In this document: piece by piece, positions 52,716-64,000 of the stretch
Position numbering within the stretch: position 1 is the stretch's first letter
Layout of the letters: every line of letters starts with the position of its first letter
NCBI GenBank assembly: GCA_951406725.2
Contig: OX597828.1
Span: forward strand, 4,588,001-4,652,000
Source: Octopus vulgaris
Lineage: Eukaryota
Reading direction: 5' to 3'
Length of the DNA stretch: 64,000 nucleotides
The notes under the pieces: model-generated
Told to the model about the DNA's origin: nothing
The model's database searches: none
What the model saw: only the letters and a program-made list of their open reading frames with translations
Position numbers and translations under genes: made by a program

Positions 52716-53375
52716 ACAATTGAGGGAAAAATTAATTAATCAATCAATTTCACCAAGTGGTCAGTATGTAAAGGACCATTTAAGGCGAATTCAAAATATT
52801 ACATTATATAATTAATTATTATAATATAATGTAATATTTTGAATTCGCCTTAAATGTCCTTTATACTGAACATGTGAAATGATTAATTAATTAATTTTTC
52901 CCTCAATTGTTGATATTATAATTCATTTCTCTATGTCATACTGCCTCGGTTCTCGCGGTTAAAATATAATGTTTGCTAGATAGACCACGTGGGTGGAAGC
53001 GGAGTGCAGAAATTTACGCCTGCGCATTTTGAATTTGTTGACACTGTTAGTTGGAGTGGTTCATCTGAAGCGACAAGTTCGCTGATAGGTAAAGTTCCTT
53101 CTTTTAGTGTTTCCAAATCCAAATTAAGAAATTTTGAGCTGACGAAAGTAATGCTGATTTTATTTGGCTAATCTTGAAACGTTGACGTACTCAGACGATC
53201 TATGTACTTGTGATATTTTTCTGTATTTACCTCCAAACCTTCGTGAGCTGTCTGGAGTAAACATTATCTGAGAGAAATTTTCTTTAAGTAGTAGAAATTG
53301 CTAAAAAAATTTTTGGGCTGCTATTTCTACTAAGTTCAGTATGTGGCAAAGTAATTTATTTTACTAAGCCCTAAT

Positions 53376-53385
<10 letters not shown>
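52711..53385 (+). mobile_element. Hammerhead repeat family B, copy 2, with 5' foldback
   Basis: Palindrome 52711-52915 (tatcaacaattgagggaaaaatt / aatttttccctcaattgttgata). Body matches 33202-33528. (TA)n on both sides. Confidence 0.88.
53133..53195 (+). ncRNA. Canonical type I hammerhead ribozyme
   Basis: Stem I tttgag/ctcaga; CTGACGA (53139-53145); GAAA (53176-53179); stem III acgt-tg-acgt; GUA site with cleavage after 53189. Confidence 0.85.
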
Positions 53386-53429
<44 letters not shown>

Positions 53430-53434
<5 letters not shown>

Positions 53435-54860
53435 CTTGTCCATCAACAGGACCGGTCTGCTGTAACGAGACCTGTCTGCGGGGCCATTGTTGCGAACACA
53501 TCGTACGCCCTCTGATGAAAATGTCTCCTGATATGTGACAATGGTTACTTAGATGAACATTACCCTAATTGTTCCTGCCCAACGAGATCGGTAACAGATA
53601 GGCCACCTACTCTAAATTTTAGGGCCAGGAACAGCTCTAGAGGGAGACAAGAGATATACGGACAAATGATGATCAGGTTAAAAAGATGGTTGATCATGTT
53701 TTGGCTGCGAGTAGCAAGATCACACTCGAGGGCCACATATTTTAGTTTAATAACAAGGTATACGCCTAAGGGGATGTTGCAGCCATCGATGTCAGTATCG
53801 CTGGCGATGTGGTTAATCTACATATAGTATGGTGGGATAGGAGACTAAAAGAAATTTAAGAGAGGACTCTATAACCCTAACCATATACTCCCGCTATGTG
53901 GATGATATCAACATAGTAGGCAAAGCACCCTTACAAAACAATGTTGATGACATAGAAACTTACACCATGGAGAGCATCCAGCAAATAGCTAAGTCCGTCC
54001 ATCAGGGTATTAAAGTAACGATAGCCGACCCTAAAAAGCATCCCAACCATAGGCTTCTAATTTTAGACACGGAACTCTGGTTAGAAACAAAAAAAACAAT
54101 AATGTCAAGAGCCTTCACTCGCATTATGCCAAACCCGTGGCCTCTAAATACCTTGTCCACAAGAACACAGCCATTGCGGACAATGACAGTTCCAAATTCT
54201 TATAGCAGACTTGTTGACAGTGATGAGAAATGTATATCGCATGTGCGACCCTCTGAAATTGGAAAGACACACACAACACATTATCCACTGCATACAGTTC
54301 TCTCGCCACAACCAAAGGGGCAGGATTAGAGTGTACAAAGGAGCTAGGGTTAAGTACAAAGCCATCATAGAGAGTAAATCCTAGAATGGCACTGAAAGAC
54401 CCAGAAAAAAAGATAGATAAGGCTAACTCATGGTATAACAAAAAAGGAAAAGAAGTGTGTCAGATTCGTTAATGCTACCCCTGGCGGCGGACTTTAGAAA
54501 AACTTTAGATAAGGCTAATCTATGATCTATAGAACTTATCCTTTCGATAGGTCCCTATGTATTGTATGTGGATTAAACACACATGTTAACTATAAGGTTA
54601 GGAATATAGTGCATGGCTTACGATAGGAAGGTGCAGTTTCATGACAACTACTTACAGTCAAGAGACAGCATGCAGCATAGGAGAGCGTAAAGGTGAAAAC
54701 TGGCGAGAGGTTAAAGAAGAGAAATGCTCATCAGTGATCTACCAACATACTCAAGCAGAACATAGAGGCTCAGTCAATAGCTTAGACGTGAAAGCATTAT
54801 CAACGCACAGAACTGACACAACCCGAAAGTAATACACACATAGCAAGGGACAAAGCGAAG
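53430..54860 (+). mobile_element. Degenerate PLE fragment (RT plus GIY-YIG remnant)
   Basis: HIF.FNNKVY, AIDVSIAGDV.NL..VWWD, RYVDDI, L.ILDTELW, HYAKPVAS and later ETACSIGER. Many frameshifts. Starts at a (TA)n tract. Confidence 0.7.
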
Positions 54861-55607
54861 TTCAACAGAATACACAAATGGAACAATAACATCCAAAACC
54901 ACACCAGATAACATGGTGACTAAAACCTGCAGAAAGAAATAAAAAGAAAAGAAACATCGTAATTCACATGCAATGGACATATATGTACATACCTCTGATA
55001 AATATTTTTAAAAAATTAGAGAAATAATAAAATGGATACAAATAGCAGAGGAAGCGAACGGATATACACACGCAAACAATCATGGTAACTTCACAGACAG
55101 CAGCAACAATATCAACAACATGACATTCAACAATGGCAACAAAAATAAAAACAACAACATGCACCACGATGGCAGCAGCGTAGGCGAATTCTGAAACACA
55201 GTGAGTCACAAGAACGGTACAACAAGTCCGGTTCAAGGGCTGCAACAGCGACAACAGAGTAGACAACGGGGCTGAGGGAAGGGCAATAATGTTACTGAGA
55301 ACAATACCCCTCCCCTCACATACACACACGCACACAGGCAACACACACACGCACCTGTACACACTCATTCATAGAAACAGAGACGAATGTACATATAAGG
55401 ATACACAACATTAAATAACAGAAAGGAATAAGTAGAGCAAGAGCACACACGAATATGGAAAGTGTTGTTGAAGAGGTCACAGATGTGTGACGAAATATTT
55501 CCGGACAATGGATATGGGTTAGAATAAGAACAGTAATAAGCCAGTGAAGAACGAATATATAGTGCGTGTGTTATTTGGCAAAAAGAAAATTCCACCTCGA
55601 AATACAA

Positions 55608-55819
55608 TAGTTCTTTCGGTCATTAAGCTGCACCTATACTGGAGCACCTCTTTGAAGAAAATTTAATCGAAATAACCGACCCCAATATATTTCTGTAAAA
55701 CAGGTTACTTATTTGATCGTCCCTCTTTGCCGCTAAGTTACGGGGACGTAAAGAAAACAGCGGTTCTCAATCTGTGGTGGGGAATAAAAACAAACACAAA
55801 GACACATACACATCCAGGC

Positions 55820-55851
<32 letters not shown>

Positions 55852-56299
55852 TTATTATATAGAAGGAGCTTCTACAGGACTAGTACTGTTTCATTCAAGA
55901 GAAATCTTCAGGAAGCTATTTAACAAGAATTGTATTAGCATTTATACATTTAGGCAGGTTTTATTATTTTATTTTTTTATTTATCTATTCTTTCATCTAA
56001 CTTACCACTGACTCCTTGACCACTCCCCCAAGTATGATATTTTGCGCTATGCCTACCCCCAAAAAAGTCCCCCACCACCACTCCTTTAAACCTGCCTAAA
56101 TGTATAAATGCTAATACAATTCTTGTTAAATAGCTTCCTGAAGATTTCTCTTGAATGAAACAGTACTAGTCCTGTAGAAGCTCCTTCTATATAATAAATT
56201 AATTTTACTCTGCTATGTATTGAGTACCTTACTTACTGTGGTTAACCCCGAATCAACCCGGGACCTACATATATATATATATATATATATATATGCATG

Positions 56300-56368
<69 letters not shown>

Positions 56369-56531
56369 GATGGGCGTCTTTCAGAGTCCGTTAACCAAAT
56401 GCAATCGCAACTCTTTGGTCGGTCCGAGGCTATAGTACAAGACATTTATCCAAGGTGCCACACAGTAGGACTGAACCCACCACCATTTGAGTGGGAAGAA
56501 AGCTTCTTAACACACATCCACGCCTGCCCCT
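55608..56531 (-). mobile_element. Diverged SINE (family of 34982-35388) interrupted by a foldback
   Basis: 55608-55825 matches the 3' half and 56365-56531 the 5' half of the reference copy. Confidence 0.8.
55850..56270. mobile_element. Young foldback element with hammerhead-like motif, between (TA)n tracts
   Basis: Arms 55850-55961 and 56088-56199 appear to be exact reverse complements. The right arm has CTGAAGA (56138-56144), ttc/gaa stem II, GAAA (56157-56160), acagtact(a)gt stem III and a GUC site. Stem I agcttc/gaagct is offset by 5 nt. Confidence 0.88.
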
Positions 56532-58646
56532 GTGTGTACATACGTCTTATTTTCAGTAGCAAGACCTAACGCATAAAATCACGAATAGTAAAAGTAATAA
56601 GAATAAATACACTAATCTGCATCTGTAACTTTTGTAGAAAACCATGGACTTACATTGGAGATATATAATTGATTAACTTCACCAATAGTAGACAACCAGT
56701 TTATCGATCTGACATAGACGAAAGTAAAGAAGACAAAACCATAAACTGCGATTGCCTATTTTCCATCTTCAAATAAGGACAGAGTTGTTAGGAAAGAAGT
56801 TAAATACTATGCCATAACTATGCTGTGTTTTATTATTACAAGTGCACGATACCGAATATAATAATCCACTAGAACATAATAAATCAAACCAGATAAAAGA
56901 TAATGTCACAATCAGAAAATCGTTTTAAAACGCCATCGCAGACATGAAGACTAATGTGTATGTATTTGAATCAACAATGTACTTTATAATATGAAAGAAA
57001 ATCGAGCAACTGATATCTAACTAGAAAGTAAAAATGGTTTATGATATAATTATCGATTTTTCTTTAATTATATTATAAATGTGGAAAAAAAAGAAAATAT
57101 GAGAAAAACAGTAAACTAATTAATCTTTTGTATCAAATGTTACGCAAGGAAATATTCAAAATAAATTTTTGTAAAGAAATAGATAGACATCTTTAAATAA
57201 TGCCAGAAAATACTAAATCATAAAAAAGATAATGAAAATACGCTATTTCAGGAATAATCAAATTATTCAACTGCATCGTGTAGATATATATAATATTCCT
57301 GTCATGTAGTAAACACAAATTATCTATTCTCAAAGCTCGTGATATTTTTCTGATTATATTTAGATATCAAATGCATTAACTGAATAATAAATATGCAACA
57401 TTATATATATATATATATATATATAAACATTATATATGAATATATACATAGTTAAGAATCCATGCTAATATCTGCAAATACTTCTATATTTACTTTTACA
57501 CAAACTGTGTACACAATTCAAATTTATGAGGGATTTGACACAAATGTATCCAACTATAATAACATATATACATGTATATGTTTCCTATGTGCATACACAC
57601 ACGGGCGCGCGCACACACATATTTATTTTCTGGTAATGCGAAAACTGTATATGTATGCGAACGTATGAATGCGCTCAATCGTAGACGTTCGTATCCAGTG
57701 ATGAGAATGAGAATTATCTAATATTCTTGATTGAAATAAGCGACTAAGTGTTTCATATTGCAATGTAGAAAAGAACTTCCTTTGTTCTTGAAAGAGGTAA
57801 TGTTTTAGAAGTTATTGACTTTCATATTGTTTTATAAATCAATCAGAGGAGAGATATCTCATGTTATTGGAAGTAATTTGGAGACTCGTGTTTGATTCTA
57901 AAACTTGAGGCTTGTATCTGTTACTAACTGGAGATACGATTAAGCTATGTATAACCAAACACTTCACACGTTGGAATAAGCGAGCAGGATTAAATATTCA
58001 TTGATGATGCATTACTTAGACACAATACCGTGATTTACCTTTGCTGTTTGTTGAGGTTTACTTACGTAAACCAGTAAGAGGTTTTGTGTGTCTCCTATAG
58101 GTATACCCTTATCCCGTCGTGGTGCAATTGAGAATTAGAAACCATAAGGAAAAGACAACGTATTTTCAGTTCCATAGGTACATTTTCTATTCAAGAGATT
58201 ACTTGAATAGAAAATTAACTATGTTGCATATATTGCATCTAGATTATTTTAGAAGTCGATTTTCCTGTTCAAATTAATATTCACAACAGAATTTGAAACA
58301 TAATTTAGTTAATGGGAATATTACAGTAATGTTATTTTTTGTGGTGGCAACAATATATATACATATAAAATTCAACGTAATATAGGAAGAACATTTTGAG
58401 AATTACAATATAATATTAACAAACAAAATATCTTGTATGCATCATCTCAAGTAAGCAATAAATAACACTGTAGGTGAATAGTGATAAAACAATAAACAAA
58501 ACCACTTCATTATTCAGCAGAATAAGACTAAGATGGGGAACTGGCAAATATATTGTAGAATTGTGGGGAATGTTTTCTAGATAAATATTTTCTGCGTTCA
58601 AATTCCCTCGTTTCAAGTCACTCTTAGTACTCAATAAATATTGCTA

Positions 58647-59200
58647 GTGGGTTGTCCGGAAAGTTCGTGCCGATTTATAGTAGCTTACCTTTCGACCTAT
58701 TTTAGAACGTGTTTGAGTCCATAAAATAGGATTTGACTACACCTCCATTTAGAGCACAGTTAAAGCTATCTTTTCGTAGAAGAAGATTTATGTTCCTATA
58801 ACCTGTGTTAATTCTGTAACCCTTTAAAATGGAAGATAAAAAAGCTCATTTTCGGCACTTCATGCTTTGGAAACCAGACAAAATTGCTGCAGCTCAGCTA
58901 GGATGTATTTCCCCACCCTTCATATTCACCAGATATTGCTCCTTCGGATTTCCACTTATTCAGGTCTCTGCAGAATAGTCTTAATGGTAAAAATTTCGAT
59001 TCCTTGGATGACGTAAAAAGATACCTTGATGAATTATTTGCCATGAAATCACCTCAATTCTGGGAAGAGGGTTAAAGGCAAGATGGAGATGTATCGTGCA
59101 AGAAAATGGTTCATATTTGGTTGATTAAAGATGTAATGGCAAGCATTTATTGACCTTTCCTTTCCTTTAAAAATCGGCACGAACTTTCTGGACAACCCAA
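58647..59200 (+). mobile_element. Internally deleted mariner DNA transposon
   Basis: TIRs tgggttgtccggaaagttcgtgccgattt / aaatcggcacgaactttctggacaaccca with TA on both sides. N-terminus MEDKKAHFRHFML is fused to C-terminal HP.YSPDIAPSDFHLFRSLQ. Confidence 0.93.
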
Positions 59201-59227
59201 TATTATAATAACGATAAATGCACCGCC

Positions 59228-59410
59228 CTGGCAGAATCGATAGAGCACCAGACAAAATGCTTAGCAGTATTTTGTCTCTCCTTATATTCTAGTTCGAATT
59301 TCGCCGAGGTCGGTCTTGTCTTTCATCTTTTCGAAGTCTATAAACTAAGTACCAGTTATGTAAGCGACTAGCACCCTCTTCCGAAATTACAGGGCTTGTC
59401 ACTATAGTAA
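59228..59410 (+). mobile_element. tRNA-derived SINE, third family
   Basis: Shares its head with 41195 and has B box GTTCGAATTT. Confidence 0.7.
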
Positions 59411-59447
59411 AAAGAATCATAATAAAAATCATGATAATAATGATAAT

Positions 59448-60038
59448 CTGTGATGCGCAGGAAAAGGTACGTACAATAATTTCTACGAAATGCAGGATTG
59501 ATAATGAAGTAGGAAATAACAAGTGCAGGTTGCGAAGTGATAAAGCAGAGACGATTTGGGATATTGTGAATCAGTACAGGAATATCCCCCCCACCCCCTC
59601 AAAAATATTAGCCAATAAGTTACAATGAGGCACAAAGAATGATACATTGGGTAGTGTGTGTTAAATATAGCTAAGATAGAACAAACGTGTGGTATGGACA
59701 ACAAACATTAGAAAGAGTAATTGAGAGCGACAATGTAAAGATACAGTGGGACGTAAGGAGTAAAGGTGTTCATTGAAAGGGACAATGAAGAAGAAATATC
59801 CTGTTTAATGACAGATATTACATTGCTCAGGGGATGAAAAATAATCAGAAAAGGAAAATGTGGAACAGGTTAGATAGGAAGTTGAGTGCTAAACTTGGAG
59901 GAGTTGTTGCTGTAAAGGTCAGCATCAGAAAATAAATTGCAAAGTTATAGATAAATCTTCAGAAAACAGCGTTGCTTTAGCTAACTGTGGTTAGCTGACA
60001 GCTGCATTCTACTGTGAAGTTACTGTATTAAGTCAGAT
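59448..60038 (+). mobile_element. Degenerate R4/Dong-like 3' fragment ending in (AAT)n
   Basis: CDAQE..........ID......KCRL.....ETI..IV pattern (CCHC region), then ERVIE.DNVKI.WD. Confidence 0.65.
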
Positions 60039-60796
<758 letters not shown>

Positions 60797-60955
60797 GGGG
60801 TTTTTTTTAAACCAAAAAAAAAAAAGAAAAAATATATGGTACACTAGGCATAACAACGTCGTGAACTTCCAACCGGTTGTCTCTTGAGGTCTCTGGGTGA
60901 GACTTGGAGCCGACTTGTAAAGACATAAAGCAAAAGTCAAACATAGAATAATAAC

Positions 60956-61024
<69 letters not shown>

Positions 61025-61025
<1 letters not shown>

Positions 61026-61536
61026 TGCACACACCAGAAAAGGTCACAGAAAACGAGAAAGCAACCATACTCTGGGATATGCCGATACACACAGATAGAG
61101 AAATTAAGGCCAACAGACCAGATATAGTTGTCAGAGATCATGAAGAAAAAAAAATGCTTTCTAATTGATGTATCAATACCGGCTGATGACAACGTGTCTC
61201 TAAAAGAAATGGAGAAATTCTCAAAATACAAAGACCTGGAAATAGAGGTAACTAGAATGTGGAACCTGAAAACAGAAACAATTCCTATCATAATAGGTGC
61301 ATTAGGCATGATAAAAAAATATAATATTCAGACAAATACATAACAAAAACACCAGGACTTACAAACACATATAACATACAGAAAATTGCACTACTAGGCA
61401 CTGCACACATCCTACGCAGAACACTTTCCATACAATAACCATCAGAGCATCACAACAAATCACAGCACATACCCATGGCACACAGAGCTGCGCTCGGTAG
61501 TGAAGTGAAAGCACGCTATAAAAATAAAACTACTGA
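61025..61536 (+). mobile_element. 5'-truncated R4/Dong-like non-LTR retrotransposon inserted in (TAA)n
   Basis: HTPEKVTENEKATILWDMPIHTDREIKANRPDIVV / CFLIDVSIPADDNVSLKEMEKFSKYKDLEIEVTRMW...IPIIIGALG is an RLE domain. Short 3' UTR, with (AAT)n on both sides. Confidence 0.9.
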
Positions 61537-61649
61537 ATAATATTAATAATAATAATAATAACTATAATAATAGTTAGAAGAAGAAGAAGAAGAAGAAGAA
61601 GAAGAAGAAGAAGAAGAAGAAGAAGAAGAAGAAGAAGAAGAAGAAGAAG

Positions 61650-61905
61650 AAGAATGCAAGACTATGCGCTTTGTAATAGTATATGATTATACATGCATGT
61701 CAAATAAACTGAGACGTCAGAAAACTGAGTTTCTAGTTAGAGACTTGAAGAGTCTGTGGAACACAAGTGTGAAAATTGTTCCTGTGGCAACATGCAACTA
61801 ACACAATACTGAAATATATTGGACTAGAGACAAGCATTGTCGACGTAGAGAAAAAGTGTCATACTCCATTGTGCAAGAATACTAAGAGGGAGTCTTGAGA
61901 TTTCT
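61650..61905 (+). mobile_element. Degenerate R4/Dong-like extreme 3' fragment
   Basis: RDLKSLWNTSVKIVPV and CARILRG.LE remnants, following a (GAA)n tract. Confidence 0.5.
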
Positions 61906-64000
61906 TTTCTCACCAAACCTCAAAATAACACTCTTAATAAATTTAATTAGCATGTAACAGATTTTGATTAATAGTGATAATATTTCACCAAAAACCTATA
62001 TTTTGAAAAATTATCCCTAGAAAATACACTGATGCAGAGATCATGCTAAAAGGATATGTATAGATGATGATAATTATGCTTCAAATTCTACATTTCTATT
62101 CTTATATTTATGTTTGCACTATAAATATAGACAAAAAAATTAGGTTCCTGTCTCTGTATATTTGTCCTCTTCTGCAGAGAAGCGAGTTGCAGTCTGTACT
62201 CTCGCACTGTGAGTCTAAAGCTACGCTACACGTATCTAAAATATTATACAAGCTCCTTTTTCATCGTGTGTTATGTATTTTTTTGTATGTTGCGCTACAT
62301 TATATGAAATCATCTTTACTCTCAAATATATACTATAGTAGTGCACTGATCTACACATACTAGTATTAAAATGAAGAACACTTTTCATATACTAATTAAC
62401 ACTTAGCAATATACAATTTACATCAGGGTTCCATTCTCGTCATTATAAACTTGTTTCGTAACAAAACAGATTGTGTCTTGTAAGAACTAATAATTATTAA
62501 ATATATATTTCCCTCTCTTCATAATTTTGTTTATATTTTTAAAATTCAAGTAGCTATGTATTTGGTAGGAGATATTCTGTCCTCTCAAAATCGTGCGGAT
62601 ATCAAATACTGGCATTATAAGAATTCCTTTTGTCTATTTTGAGATTCCTGAAATACCGCTAGTGTATAATTTGCATATATATTGGTATCGCTCTGCGCAA
62701 AATATTTAATATATTGAGCAATAAATACACTATGCTATCCCTTCGTAGTCACTTATATATATAGATTATACTTTTGTTAGTAAAATATATTACTGGAATC
62801 AACTGAAAGCAAACAGAGCTCCTTAATTTCCTGACTTGGTATTCAAAGTTAGGCGAATTTTAATTTGAATTCTGAAGACACTCTAAGATGAAATGAAATT
62901 GCACTGTATTCCTGCTAACACTTCAGTTGGGGAAACATTACATTTGACAATTTCAAAAAAATATCATGTAACTTTTCGTTAGAATTCCTGAGTAAATGTT
63001 AAATGTAGAACGTTGCTATTTGCATGTAAAATAACAAGAAACAGCATGCATTTTCTAAGCTAGGTTCACTAACTTTTTGTGACAATGATACCAGACGTTA
63101 TAGCTAATGAGTAACACAATATTCTATTATTTCGCAATAGAAACGCCCTTTTTTTCCAGTCATTTTATACATCTAATAATGTCATTAGCTCTGGACATCT
63201 AAGTTAACAAGCCCAAATAAATAACAATACTATGTATTTCAAAGTTAGACTAACACATCAGATTAAACCTTATTTAACTATGAGAAAATTTATTTCCTTT
63301 ATTTTCTGTAGAATTAATTAATTATGATTTGAAGTTTGAGAAAATATAAAAAAAGGGTGGGTATTTTCTATTCACTTTTCCTATTTTGAAATTTGTGTGT
63401 TTGTCTGTAATGCAGTATCGAAAATAATTTTGTGTTACATAGTAATATAAGTAATATAAACAGCAATATAACATTGGCATAAATTTATTTCGAACTTAAA
63501 AGAGTACTCTGCTAGTCGCTAATATGATTGCTTTAATCAGTAACATCCTTCGATGATTATTGATCAAATCTTAGCGTCAATAAAGGATGAGAGAACTAAC
63601 GGAGTCTACTCAATATTCGCATAAAGTATTGTTGATCGGAGTGGAATATTAAAAAGAAAAAAAAATAGTATTGAGTTATCAGATAAATTTTTTCGGTTAT
63701 TTCCTATGTTAAGTGAAGCGGTGTTCTTTCTCTACATGTATTCTTTTGCAGTGCCAAGTAGAAAAAATATGAGCATTTTCAAACATTTACATACTTCGTT
63801 CAGTTCTATATGGATAAATTGAATAGTTTCCTTTACAAGGATATGGACCAGTTCATTAAGGGTATTGATCCAATCGTTGGGATGTTCTTATGGCACCACC
63901 CACCGTCTCTTTCATTTGATGGGTAAGTTCCAAAAAAACGGATCATATGGGTGGGGGACACTCGTTCTGAACGAAACCGGTGAAGTCGATCGCTCTTTTA

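Noticed and set aside
11459-52915. Foldbacks as a general sequencing or assembly artefact
   Set aside because: Most arms differ by substitutions and indels, and the families recur at separate loci. Only 55850-56199, with identical arms, remains open to this explanation.

Overview
AT-rich, microsatellite-dense eukaryotic DNA with no confidently callable host gene. The SINE families and repeat landscape resemble an octopod cephalopod (inference). Almost everything recognisable is transposon-derived: a near-complete Neptune-type Penelope-like element (PLE, 20028-24048), degenerate PLE fragments, a decayed Gypsy LTR element with a tRNA-Ser(GCT) primer-binding site, a HERO-like and several R4/Dong-like non-LTR elements, two internally deleted mariners, a probable non-autonomous Helitron and three tRNA-derived SINE families. 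The most interesting signal is a PLE-centred set of elements. At least five unrelated non-coding families carry type I hammerhead ribozyme folds, sit mostly in (TA)n tracts and often show the same head-to-head inverted architecture as the coding PLE. Their cores show four different 3-8 pairings (C-G, G-C, U-A, U-G). One family is a tRNA-headed SINE-like unit with a hammerhead tail. The coding PLE has an upstream ORF joined to its RT frame by an in-phase U-UUU-UUA slippery heptamer, a candidate programmed -1 frameshift. All folds and alignments were read by eye; boundaries of degenerate elements are approximate.
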